From NCBI GenBank assembly GCA_016712355.1, contig JADJRF010000005.1, positions 1,997,184 through 2,061,183 of the forward strand: DNA of 64,000 nucleotides, in the 5' to 3' direction. This DNA is from Vampirovibrionales bacterium. GTDB lineage: Bacteria > Cyanobacteriota > Vampirovibrionia > Vampirovibrionales > Vampirovibrionaceae. Below are positions 40,208 through 49,628 of this stretch, piece after piece (the stretch's first letter is position 1; each line of letters starts with the position of its first letter). The notes below the pieces were generated by a model that was not told the DNA's origin, did not search any database, and was given only the letters and a program-made list of their open reading frames with translations. Both the position numbers and the translations under genes were made by a program.

Positions 40208-40502
40208 GGCCTGAGCTCCTATCTCTCTCTCTCTAATGCTTATTTTCCTGAATGATGAATCGCAAACGGCCCGGACACAGGCGTTTCAGACTTCTCTACA
40301 TTTGTTTTTCCGTGTATTTTATCGAGCTACTTCTCTCTGCTAATCTTCTCTTCTCTGCTAATCTCTTTTCTGCTGATCTCTTCTCTTCTGTATCGCTATA
40401 ATCTCTTGAACGGGGATGCGGGAATTGAACGCTCTTCAAATATAAAAACATTTATATAGCCTGAAATGCTAGCCTTAAGAAAGACATTAGATTTCATGGG
40501 AA

Positions 40503-42713
40503 TTACGGCCGGGATGCGCCCGCGTAAGGGTTTCGCGAAGGCGAGGTAGGCGGGAGCTGGAGCACCTGATGCGTATCGCCGGGCGGAATCGGGTAAGAGC
40601 TGCGATGATACGGATCCGCGCTTCTCGGCGGCGGGCCGTAGGCCTGCGGCGCGACGGGACCCATCGGGACCGGCGGAACCGGAGGGCCCGCCCCATGGCC
40701 TCCTTCCAACGCGGGGGCGGGATGCTCGCCCTCGAAAGGCTCTTCAGGACTTGTCAGCGGGGGGCCTTCCACTGCGGGGTCAAGATCCAGTTGCGGCGAG
40801 ACGGGCGTGGGAGCCGGCAAACTGCGCGCGCCAATGGCGAGCGGATTATTCGCCTCGTATTCGCTGAGATTATCGAGGTTGTACGAGATGAAATCCTGTG
40901 GGCTAAAGTGCCGCGCAAACTGCGTATCGAAGTTCTGCGGAGCGCGATTGGCCATATACGGGCGCATATACGCCGCCCAAATCGCGGCAGGCAGGCTGCC
41001 GCCAGTCATGCCGGGCATCGAGGTGTTATCGTCGTTGCCCACCCACACCCCGGTGATGATTTCCGGCGTAAAGCCGACAAACCAGCTATCGCGGTGATCG
41101 TCGCTGGTGCCTGTTTTTCCGGCCACCGGACGGCCAATGGCGGCGGCGCGCGCCGTGCCGTTCTGGACGACGCCCTGCATCATGGCGAGCATCGTATCGA
41201 CGGTTTCGCGGTCCAGCACCTGGGTGGTCATCGGGTAGTGTTCGTAGGCGAGCGTGCCGTCACTGGTGACGATTTTCTCGATGGCGTAGGGTTCCAGCAG
41301 AATCCCGCGATTATCCAGTACGCCGATAGCCGAGGCGATATCCATGAGCGTGACGCCCGAGCTGCCCAGCGTCAAGGTTAAATCGTCGTCGAGCTGGGCG
41401 TTCAGGCCCATGCGATGCGCCGTCTCAATGACCGAGCGGGGCGTTAATTCCCGCATGACTTTAATGGCGACGATATTATTGGAGTGAATCAGCGCCTGGG
41501 CGATGGTCATATAGCCGTGGTAGCGCCCGTCAAAGTTACGCGGGCGCCAATCGCCCGCCTGAATCGGTTCGTCGAGATAGACGCGGTTGGGCAAATACCC
41601 TTTTTCAATGGCCGTGGTATACGTGAAGATCTTAAACAGCGAACCGGGCGAGCGGACAGCGGAATTAACGCGATCAAACTGGCTCACGCCAAAGTCTTTG
41701 CCGCCGACGTAGGCCAGAATCGCGCCTGTAGAAGCTTCTATCGACACCAGCGCCGCCTGCTGGCCGCGACCCGCGCGGCCATAAATCAGCGATTGCGACT
41801 TAACGGCCTTGGAGGCCAGGGCCTGGGCCTGAACGTCCAGCGTCGTATAGACCTTCATGCCGCTTTGCCAGAAGGCCTGCTCGTCCTGATTAAACAACTG
41901 TCGCACCTGCGTCATGACAAACTGATTAAAGAAAGGCGCGCGGTTAGCGGTAGAAATCTGTTGCCCCAGCGGATTCAGCGTGAGCGCAGACTTTTGCAGG
42001 CGGACAAGTTCTTCGCGGTTGATTTTGCCGATTTCCAGCAGATTGGCGAGCACCTCGTTGCGGCGTTTGACAGCCGCCGTAGGATTCAGAAAGGGATCGT
42101 AACGCGAGGGAGCCTGCGGCAAACCCGCCAGCAGGGCGGCTTCGGGAATTGTCAGGTTAGCAGGCGGTTTATTGAAATAAATTTCGCTGGCCGCGTGAAT
42201 CCCGTACGCGCCTTCGCCAAAATAGATATTATTTAAATAGAGTTCCAGAATTTTCTTTTTAGAGAGCGTTTGTTCCAGTTTGACGGCCAGAAAGGCTTCC
42301 TGAACTTTGCGCTTGATGGATTTTTCGTTGGAGAGAAAGACATTGCGGGCCAATTGCTGCGTCAGCGTACTGCCGCCCTCGACAAATTTACGCTGGGCTA
42401 AATCCATAAAAATCGCCCGGCCAATCGAGATGACGTCCACCCCGAAGTGACTGTAAAACCGGCGATCTTCAGTCGCCAGCAACGCATCGGTCAGGTGAGG
42501 GGAAATCTGCGTCAGAGAAACTTCTTTATGGAAATACTTTCCGTAGGACAGAATCGGGACGTTACCGCGCCCGAAGACCTGGGTCCACTTGGACGGGTTG
42601 ACGCCTTCGCGAATAATCGCCGACACGGAGGGCAACCCGCGCACAGCCCAATAGAAATAGCCGCCAATACACAGCGCCGCCAGGATCAACACCGTCCAGA
42701 AAAAACGCGCCAT
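40503..42713 (-). CDS. Class A penicillin-binding protein (PBP1A-type transglycosylase/transpeptidase) with Pro-rich C-terminal tail
   Basis: GT51 motifs (ATEDRRFYSHFG, GGSTLTQQ, RKVQE). Transpeptidase SLFK (SxxK), SNN and KTGT. Confidence 0.85.
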   Translation of the reverse strand: MARFFWTVLILAALCIGGYFYWAVRGLPSVSAIIREGVNPSKWTQVFGRGNVPILSYGKYFHKEVSLTQISPHLTDALLATEDRRFYSHFGVDVISIGRAIFMDLAQRKFVEGGSTLTQQLARNVFLSNEKSIKRKVQEAFLAVKLEQTLSKKKILELYLNNIYFGEGAYGIHAASEIYFNKPPANLTIPEAALLAGLPQAPSRYDPFLNPTAAVKRRNEVLANLLEIGKINREELVRLQKSALTLNPLGQQISTANRAPFFNQFVMTQVRQLFNQDEQAFWQSGMKVYTTLDVQAQALASKAVKSQSLIYGRAGRGQQAALVSIEASTGAILAYVGGKDFGVSQFDRVNSAVRSPGSLFKIFTYTTAIEKGYLPNRVYLDEPIQAGDWRPRNFDGRYHGYMTIAQALIHSNNIVAIKVMRELTPRSVIETAHRMGLNAQLDDDLTLTLGSSGVTLMDIASAIGVLDNRGILLEPYAIEKIVTSDGTLAYEHYPMTTQVLDRETVDTMLAMMQGVVQNGTARAAAIGRPVAGKTGTSDDHRDSWFVGFTPEIITGVWVGNDDNTSMPGMTGGSLPAAIWAAYMRPYMANRAPQNFDTQFARHFSPQDFISYNLDNLSEYEANNPLAIGARSLPAPTPVSPQLDLDPAVEGPPLTSPEEPFEGEHPAPALEGGHGAGPPVPPVPMGPVAPQAYGPPPRSADPYHRSSYPIPPGDTHQVLQLPPTSPSRNPYAGASRP

Positions 42714-42843
42714 GGGTCGCAGAATCCTTCTCCTGATGAGATGAGGCGCATTCTACGCCAAAAATCGCATGGGACAAAAAGCCAGCGATTATTGAACGCA
42801 AGGTGACGCGCAAGGAGAGCCCAACGCGGGGTTTTGCGCCTCT

Positions 42844-43548
42844 TTACAGGCCTTTGGCCGGGCTCAAGCGCTTCTGACGATCAGCCCACCAGGCCAGCGC
42901 ATAGGCAAGATCGCCGCGCGTCATGGGGGCTTGGGCGCGCAAACTGTCCGCATCGGCGTTAATGAAGCCTTCGGCGACAGCCGTCGCCAGCGCCTTGCGA
43001 GACCAGAGCGGCAGCGAGTCGCGGTCGGCGTACGGGGCGAGCGTCTCATCTATTTCGGCATCGGTAAAGGGATAAACGCCGTACGCCTGCGCCAGAATCG
43101 CAAAGCCCTGGGCGCGGGTCGCCGGCAGGTCGGGCAGAAAACGCCCGGCAGCGTCAACAGCCATAATATCGCGGCTTACGACGGTATCAATGGCATTTCT
43201 CGCCCAATACCCCGACGGGACGTCGCGCAGCAAGCGCGGAGCGGCAATTTTGGGGTCGCGACGCGTCAAGTCAAAGGCCTTGACAGCAACCGTGGCGAGC
43301 GCCGCGCGCGTGACCGGCTGCTCTTCGTGAAACCTGCCATCCGGGAAGAGCGTGAGATAGCCGCTATCGAGGGTTTTCTGAATGCTGGCGGCGAGCGCAG
43401 GCTCCTGCTGTCCCCAAGCGGCCCCCGTCAGGCTCACGGCGGCAGGCTCAAGCGCGCAGGCCATCAACGCCAGACCCATGAGGCTGGCCGCCGTCCAGCG
43501 AGCCGACGACGTGAAGCGGGGCAAAGCGACTTTGCGGATGGGGTCCAT
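42844..43548 (-). CDS. Secreted protein with three S-layer homology (SLH) domains
   Basis: Signal peptide. Three repeats of the F.D.....VTRA..A / TRG-type SLH consensus. Confidence 0.65.
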   Translation of the reverse strand: MDPIRKVALPRFTSSARWTAASLMGLALMACALEPAAVSLTGAAWGQQEPALAASIQKTLDSGYLTLFPDGRFHEEQPVTRAALATVAVKAFDLTRRDPKIAAPRLLRDVPSGYWARNAIDTVVSRDIMAVDAAGRFLPDLPATRAQGFAILAQAYGVYPFTDAEIDETLAPYADRDSLPLWSRKALATAVAEGFINADADSLRAQAPMTRGDLAYALAWWADRQKRLSPAKGL

Positions 43549-43616
43549 GAAGGCGTCTCCTTACTGAGGGCTGAAGACGCCTTATTGTAACGCAAGTCGC
43601 CGCAATGGGCGCGCAA

Positions 43617-44237
43617 TCAGCCCGACGTGAGCGCTACCGGCCCCGGGCGCAGGATTTCAATTGCGCCGTCGGCGTACACGCGCGCCACGGTCGAAGGCTG
43701 TGCGGTCGCAATCTCCGCATCGTCGCCCCAGACAGGCAATGCGTCGCCAAAGGCGTCTCGAACCGACTTCGCCGTCAGACACGGCGGCTTGCCGGACACA
43801 TTGGCGCTGGTCGTCGCCAGAACGCCGCCGGGCAGTCGGCGTAGTAAGGCCCTTAAGGACTCGCAATCTGCGACGCGACACGACACGGTTGGCTCGCCGC
43901 GCGTGACGGCGTCCGGCGTGAGGTCGGTCTTGTCGAAGACCAGTGAGAGGGCGCCCGGCCAGTGGTCGGCCATCAAGCGCCTGGCTTGGGCCGGGGGCGG
44001 CTGGATATAGGGCTCGAATGACTCGGCGGATGCGCCCAACAGGGTCAAGGGCTTGCGTTCATCACGCCCCTTCAGCGCGAAAATGCGGGCAAGCGCGGCG
44101 GGACGGTCCAGGCGCGCGCCCAAACCGTACACAGTGTCGGTCGAAAAGGCAATCACCCCATCTGAAGCGGCCAGCGCGTCGACGGGATCCGGGGCGAGAG
44201 CGGGCGTCGAGGATTTTTTCGCGACGATTTCCTTCAT
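43617..44237 (-). CDS. tsaC: L-threonylcarbamoyladenylate synthase (YrdC/Sua5 family)
   Basis: VIAFSTDTVYGLGA, GRDERKPLTLL, TSANVSGKPP motifs. Confidence 0.75.
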   Translation of the reverse strand: MKEIVAKKSSTPALAPDPVDALAASDGVIAFSTDTVYGLGARLDRPAALARIFALKGRDERKPLTLLGASAESFEPYIQPPPAQARRLMADHWPGALSLVFDKTDLTPDAVTRGEPTVSCRVADCESLRALLRRLPGGVLATTSANVSGKPPCLTAKSVRDAFGDALPVWGDDAEIATAQPSTVARVYADGAIEILRPGPVALTSG

Positions 44238-44320
44238 GAGAGAGCCTCCTGCGTCGTTATGATAAAGTATACCCGGCGCGCGCGCGCAACCGCTTCATTT
44301 TGCTCAAAAGGCCCATTCTC

Positions 44321-44812
44321 ATGCAGAAAACCGCTTTCAAGCCGCCGGTCAAACAGCTCATCGACGGCGTTGTCGTCACCCCGCTCAAGCCGATTGTCGA
44401 CGAGCGCGGCTATTTGATGGAAATGCTGCGCAGTGACGCGCCGGATTTCAAAGGCTTTGGCCAGACCTATCTCACGGCCGTCAACGAGGGCGTGGTCAAA
44501 GGCTGGCACTATCACGAGCGCCAGACGGATAATTTCATCTGCGTCCATGGGCTGATCAAGCTGGCGCTTTACGATTGCCGCGAAGGGTCGCCGACGCAAG
44601 GCGCGGTGAACGAGTTTTTCCTCGGACCGATTCATCCCGTGCGGGTGCAGATTCCCTGCGGCGTGCTGCACGGGTTTAAGGGCCTCGGGTCGCCGATTTC
44701 GCTCGTGGTGAACGTCCCGGATCAGCTCTATCATTACGCCCAGCCAGACGAATTCCGCGTGGCGCCGCATGACAATGAGGTTCCGTACGACTGGGCGCGC
44801 CATGACGGCTGA
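44321..44812 (+). CDS. rfbC: dTDP-4-dehydrorhamnose 3,5-epimerase-like cupin
   Basis: RGWHYHERQTDNFICVHG cupin core. The track start at 44300 is a TTG; ATG at 44321. Confidence 0.6.
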   Translation: MQKTAFKPPVKQLIDGVVVTPLKPIVDERGYLMEMLRSDAPDFKGFGQTYLTAVNEGVVKGWHYHERQTDNFICVHGLIKLALYDCREGSPTQGAVNEFFLGPIHPVRVQIPCGVLHGFKGLGSPISLVVNVPDQLYHYAQPDEFRVAPHDNEVPYDWARHDG

Positions 44813-45809
44813 CCGTCCGCCGGAATCCATTCTAATCACGGGCGCGGCGGGCTTCATCGGCAGCGCCCTCACCCGCCGCATTGCCGACGCATGGCCCCAG
44901 ACGCGGCTGCTCCTGCTCGACAATCTCAGTTATGCCGGGCATCTGGCTAATCTGGGGGATCTCACCCAACGCCCGACCGTTCGTTTTGTCGAAGGCGACA
45001 TCGTTGACGAGGCATGCGTCACCGGCCTGATGCGCGACGTCGCCGTCTGCGTGAACGTCGCGGCGCAAACCCATGTGGATCGCAGCATCAGCGGACCGCA
45101 GGCCTTCACGCGCACCAATGTTCTGGGAACCCAGACGCTTCTCGAAGCCGCGCGCCAGGCGAAAATCGACAAGTTTATTCAAATTTCCACTGACGAAGTC
45201 TACGGCAGCCTGCCTCTGGAAGCCGAAGGCGTCCGTTTTGACGAGGCCAGCCCCATCGACCCCAGCAGCCCCTACGCCGCCAGTAAGGCCGCCGCTGACC
45301 TTCTCGCCCTGAGTTACTGGAAGACATGGGGATTCCCGGTCTGCATCACGCGCTGTTCCAATAACTACGGGCCGCGACAGTTTCCCGAAAAGCTGATTCC
45401 CCTGTTTATCCTCAATGCGATGGCCGGGCGCCCGGTTCCGGTCTATGGCGACGGTCTGAACGTCCGCGACTGGATTCACGTCGAGGATCACGCCAGCGCC
45501 GTTATGCGCGTGATTCTCGCTGGGCAGTCCGGGCGGGTCTATAACGTGGGCGCGGATAACGAACAACCCAATCTGGCCATCACGCGCCGGATTCTCGCTT
45601 TGCTGAATCAGCCCGAGTCGCTCATGATGTTTGTGGCCGATCGCCCCGGCCATGATCGTCGCTACGCCATTGAGAGCGGCCGCATTCGCGAAGAACTCGG
45701 CTGGCGGCCGCGCGTGTCGTTTGAAGAAGGCTTGCGCCAGACCGTGGACTGGTATCGCGAGAATTCCGCATGGCTGCAAGCGGTCACCGCCGACGCGGCG
45801 GCGCGCTAG
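44802..45809 (+). CDS. rfbB: dTDP-glucose 4,6-dehydratase
   Basis: ILITGAAGFIGS, YSASKAAAD (YxxxK), DGLNVRDWIHVEDH. Its start overlaps the rfbC stop. Confidence 0.85.
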   Translation: MTADRPPESILITGAAGFIGSALTRRIADAWPQTRLLLLDNLSYAGHLANLGDLTQRPTVRFVEGDIVDEACVTGLMRDVAVCVNVAAQTHVDRSISGPQAFTRTNVLGTQTLLEAARQAKIDKFIQISTDEVYGSLPLEAEGVRFDEASPIDPSSPYAASKAAADLLALSYWKTWGFPVCITRCSNNYGPRQFPEKLIPLFILNAMAGRPVPVYGDGLNVRDWIHVEDHASAVMRVILAGQSGRVYNVGADNEQPNLAITRRILALLNQPESLMMFVADRPGHDRRYAIESGRIREELGWRPRVSFEEGLRQTVDWYRENSAWLQAVTADAAAR

Positions 45810-45821
45810 AGAGCGGACGCG

Positions 45822-46679
45822 ATGGCCATCAAGCGGATTGTCGTTACAGGCGCCGGCGGCATGCTGGGACGCGACCTGACGGCGCACCTGAGCGCCAAGG
45901 GCTACGACGTCACCGGGCTCGATTCACGGACATTTAATCTGCTCAGCCCGTTTGACGCGCTGCAAGCCGTCATCGCGCGTCTGGAGCCGGAACTCATCGT
46001 TCACGCCGCCGCTTTTACCGACGTTGACCGCGCTGAACGCGAGCCCGAACTGGCGATGGCGGTCAATCGTGACGGGGCGCGCACCGTTGCCGAAATCGCC
46101 CGGGAAACTGGTTGTTTGATGGCCTATGTCAGCACAGACTTTGTGTTTGACGGCCAGAGCGATCGCCCCTATACGCCGCAAGACAAGCCCCGCCCGATTA
46201 ACGCCTATGGCCTGTCCAAATATTACGGCGAGCTGGCGGTTCAGGAATTGATTGATACGAGTTATATCATCCGCACCAGTTGGTTATACGGCCTTCATGG
46301 CCGGAATTTCTCCCAATTCGTGCTTGAAAGCGTTCGCCAGGGCCGCGAATTGTCTCTGGTCAACGATTGGACGGGTTCCCCTACGTGGACCGGCAGCCTG
46401 TCGCACATGATTGAGCAAATCGCCACCTCAGGCGCTTACGGCGTCTATCATGCCGCTGACGCCGGGGCGGTCAGCAAGTACGCGCAAGCCCTCGGCATCT
46501 GTCGCGCCGCGGGCCTGTCCACCCACCGACTGAAACCCGTCGAAGCCCGCACGCTCTCATTTGCCGCCCAGCGCCCGGCTTATTCGGTTCTGGATTGCGC
46601 GCCCTTGCCGGTCCCCTCATGGGAAACCTCACTGGCAGCCTATCTCACGCAATACTGGCAAGCGCAAGACGCCGATTAA
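45822..46679 (+). CDS. rfbD: dTDP-4-dehydrorhamnose reductase
   Basis: MAIKRIVVTGAGGMLGRDL, YGLSKYYGE (YxxxK), RmlD length. Confidence 0.8.
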   Translation: MAIKRIVVTGAGGMLGRDLTAHLSAKGYDVTGLDSRTFNLLSPFDALQAVIARLEPELIVHAAAFTDVDRAEREPELAMAVNRDGARTVAEIARETGCLMAYVSTDFVFDGQSDRPYTPQDKPRPINAYGLSKYYGELAVQELIDTSYIIRTSWLYGLHGRNFSQFVLESVRQGRELSLVNDWTGSPTWTGSLSHMIEQIATSGAYGVYHAADAGAVSKYAQALGICRAAGLSTHRLKPVEARTLSFAAQRPAYSVLDCAPLPVPSWETSLAAYLTQYWQAQDAD

Positions 46680-47059
46680 GCGACGATGTCCAGTGAGGAG
46701 AGCCCCAGACGCTGACGCACTGTCTTGACAGGCGCTTGCATATAAAATCGCAAGTGAGGCGCGATCGGCTCAAACCCAAGTCGGGGCCAGAAAGAATCGT
46801 GACGACCGCCGCTGAAAGGCGTCGCAATCAGCGTCACAAGGGCGTCTGGATCGGCGATGTCATCGAGAAAGCGCGCCAACAGCGCCTTGGCGACGCCCTG
46901 ATACAGGGGCTCGCCCGGCAGGGGCGCGCCGGTTTGAGTATCTCTCGCCGTATTGGCCAGCCTCCGGATGAAATAAGATCCGTCCGACTCTCGATTCGCC
47001 TCCAGATAGCCGGCGATATGCCCGCCTACCGTCAGCTCATACCGGATACCACGACGCAT
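46676..47059 (-). CDS. GNAT-family acetyltransferase (tentative)
   Basis: Small protein of about 126 aa with Q/R-x-x-G-x-A-type motif region (YQGVAKALLARF). The track ORF extends to 47233. Confidence 0.4.
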   Translation of the reverse strand: MRRGIRYELTVGGHIAGYLEANRESDGSYFIRRLANTARDTQTGAPLPGEPLYQGVAKALLARFLDDIADPDALVTLIATPFSGGRHDSFWPRLGFEPIAPHLRFYMQAPVKTVRQRLGLSSLDIVA

Positions 47060-47592
47060 AATCGTTGCAGAAAGCGGCTCTGCGCTGTTTCCATCGCAAA
47101 CAAAAGCTTTGGAGCGAATCGCCGTCGCAGGCGATCGCGAAACGAGCGAATGACAAGGGATTTTGACGTTCTGGAATCGCGATCGCCTTGTAATAGAATG
47201 CGAAAGGATAGATTCTGGCATCGTCATCGTCATGGTCGCAAAAAAGCATGCGGATTATAGCGCAAAGACGCGCGGGCTGTGTCCTGTGGACGGCAAGGCG
47301 GTTTTATACCGGCGGGTTTGCGCAGGGGAGCCGGGGTGATATATCGTTATTACCGCCATTTCATCGCCTTCCTGTCGGTTTTATATTGAAAGAAGGCCTA
47401 TATCATCATGCTAATTGGCGCAAAAAGAATGTAACGTTCCCGTGGATCGCGCGCAATTTCCATTTTAAGAATGTTTTTATTTTTTTATAAGACAGTCACG
47501 CCCCCATGCTGTCTCAGGCTCATATCGCAATGACACAGGTCTCTCGGTTCGTCGCGACCGCCGATCGCCTCGAATCCAAAGGAGGAGCATTC

Positions 47593-47790
47593 ATGGCCAA
47601 GGTTTTAATCTCAATGCGCGAGGATTTCCTGACCCGGATTGATGAAATCGCTTCAACCGAGCAACGGACGCGGAGCGAGCTGATTCGGCAGGCCTTGCGC
47701 GAGTATATTCGCCGTAAACGCAAGCTTTCCAACGCCAAATACGCCCAGAACGCCGAACTGATTGAATCCCTACTGCTGGAACTTGAATAA
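47593..47790 (+). CDS. Ribbon-helix-helix (CopG/MetJ-type) DNA-binding protein
   Basis: KVLISMREDFLTRIDEIASTEQRTRSELIRQALREYI is a beta-alpha-alpha RHH signature. GGAGGA RBS precedes the ATG. Confidence 0.55.
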   Translation: MAKVLISMREDFLTRIDEIASTEQRTRSELIRQALREYIRRKRKLSNAKYAQNAELIESLLLELE

Positions 47791-47823
47791 TCCCACTCAC
47801 GCCCTTCCCAAGGAGATCCGGTC

Positions 47824-47991
47824 ATGTCCAAAAGTTCTCGAGTGCTGATTTCGTTGCCAGACAAGTTTTTAGAGGAAGTCGACCTGCTGGCCGAAGAAGA
47901 GCAGCGCTCTCGCAGCGAACTGATTCGGGAAGCCCTGCGGCTGTATATTCGCAGCAGCGACCCCGGTCGCGAGTCGCCGTCGGTCAACTAA
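47824..47991 (+). CDS. Second RHH (CopG-type) protein, paralog of the upstream gene (55 aa)
   Basis: RVLISLPDKFLEEVDLLAEEEQRSRSELIREALRLYI. AAGGAG RBS. Below the track length cutoff. Confidence 0.5.
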   Translation: MSKSSRVLISLPDKFLEEVDLLAEEEQRSRSELIREALRLYIRSSDPGRESPSVN

Positions 47992-48016
47992 TTCCCCCAG
48001 CATGGAAATGTTTCCG

Positions 48017-48044
48017 GCAAGGGCGTGAGCGATCACACCCTTGC
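48017..48044. terminator. Hairpin (10/11-bp stem, 6-nt loop) between convergent genes; candidate bidirectional terminator
   Basis: gcaagggcgtg-agcgat-cacacccttgc. Confidence 0.35.
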
Positions 48045-48075
48045 CTCGGCGTTTGAGAAGGCTTAAGAAGAAGAC

Positions 48076-49326
48076 TTAAGAAGAAGGATCCCGGAACAAG
48101 CGCTCCAGCCGGCGACGCACGCTGTCTGTCATAGAACCGCCGCCGTCAGCGTCTGCGTTTTCGCCGGGTTTTTGAAGCGAACCGCTGACCACCGTCACCG
48201 TTTGACGCTCGCCCTTCATATACGCGATCTTGGGCGATACCGTCGTCAGAATCTTGCTCAGGGTGCGAGAGGCCATCGAAAACATACTCAGGCTGTCGCT
48301 ATCCTGAAACACCGAGGCCGTCACGTTATACAGGCCTGTGGTCTTGACCGGCATCTTCCAGGAGAACGACCAGAGCTTGGGCGTTTGCGGCTGGGTCGGA
48401 TCGTAGACTTCAACGCGACTATTGACGTAATACCGCTGCTCGTTGGGCAAAGCGCCGCTGTGCAGGCTGCGAACCATATCCATGGGCCGGTACGACGTCG
48501 TCTGATGATGCAGATCGACATTGGCCTCCACAAACACCACCCGGCTGATGGGCGGGCCGTCTCCGGCCAGTTTGTCCAGCAGGTAGGCCAGCGTGCGCGG
48601 ATCAGGGCGTCCCGCCCGGGCATAATAGCTAAGAAGCTGATTATAGACGCTTTGCAGGCCCTGTAACTTCAACTGTTCGACGGTGTACGCCGGATTGTGA
48701 ATCCGCGTTTTGGGGAAGCGGGTTTCCAGTTGCGAGGCGTATTCGTTGGCCAGCAGCAGCGCCACATCGCCAAAGGCTTTCTCGCTGCCGTTTGTGACAA
48801 TGGGGAAAACCGCAATCGCAGGCAGCTCGCTGTAAACCATGATTTCTTTCATTTTGAACGGCTGTTGCGAGCCGCTTTGAGAGGTTTTCGACGCGTCGAC
48901 AGCCGGAGATCCGGCGCGGGGCTCCGCCTGAAGCTCGCGCAGGGGCGTCAGCAGAGTGTCGGCGACGGGCGCGGCTTGAGACGGCTCCAGCGAGGGTTCT
49001 GTCGGAGAGGTTCTCAAGGGCGGCAAGTCGGCAGCCGACGGCGCGGGCGGCTGAAGCTCGGCCGGAGGCCTGGTTTCAAGCGCTTCGACGCCAGTCACCG
49101 GGGTTTCGGTCGAGCTGGCGACCGCCATATAGGCGTACGAGACGCTCCCGCTCTGGCTCACGCCGATAGACGCTGACGGAGCAGGCGCAGAAGAAACTGT
49201 CGGAGATGTAACAGGCTCGCCATGAGCCTGGGCCCAACACGCCAGCAGGCAAAGCGCGCACGAAAGTCCCATCGCGCTGTGTCGGATTGATCGTTTCTTC
49301 ACCGCCTCACCCTCCTGACGCGTCAC
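48076..49326 (-). CDS. Secreted hypothetical protein
   Basis: Signal peptide (LSCALCLLACWAQAHG). Pro/Ser/Ala-rich linker followed by a globular domain. Confidence 0.5.
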   Translation of the reverse strand: MTRQEGEAVKKRSIRHSAMGLSCALCLLACWAQAHGEPVTSPTVSSAPAPSASIGVSQSGSVSYAYMAVASSTETPVTGVEALETRPPAELQPPAPSAADLPPLRTSPTEPSLEPSQAAPVADTLLTPLRELQAEPRAGSPAVDASKTSQSGSQQPFKMKEIMVYSELPAIAVFPIVTNGSEKAFGDVALLLANEYASQLETRFPKTRIHNPAYTVEQLKLQGLQSVYNQLLSYYARAGRPDPRTLAYLLDKLAGDGPPISRVVFVEANVDLHHQTTSYRPMDMVRSLHSGALPNEQRYYVNSRVEVYDPTQPQTPKLWSFSWKMPVKTTGLYNVTASVFQDSDSLSMFSMASRTLSKILTTVSPKIAYMKGERQTVTVVSGSLQKPGENADADGGGSMTDSVRRRLERLFRDPSS

Positions 49327-49628
49327 CCACCGGAATCTGCCATAGGCCGCAGACTCCCATGGTGATTATGACCGAGCCCGCGTCGCGACGACTCCTCAAT
49401 TTGAAGGATTCCCCCTGCGCGGGAACACTTACGCATGGCGGGCGTCGTTTGTGACGAACGGCGGTTTTTGTCGTAAGATATCCATCACGAAAGACGCGCC
49501 GCGCTTACCGGCTTTCGACGTCGCCTCCGCTTCTTATCTTGCCCGGACCTTTGTGTGTGAACGCGCCACGCCCGACACCCCCCTTATCTGAACCGCCGAC
49601 GGCGTTTTCTACGCCGGTGGCATTGCCG

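Noticed and set aside
44300-44302. ORF-track start codons at 871, 33608, 34922, 44300, 58940 and 60329
   Set aside because: Direct inspection shows these positions are TTG, which the track translates as M. In each case an in-frame ATG with an RBS, or a family-consistent N-terminus, lies downstream and was preferred. 34922 was kept only because no ATG occurs until 35030.
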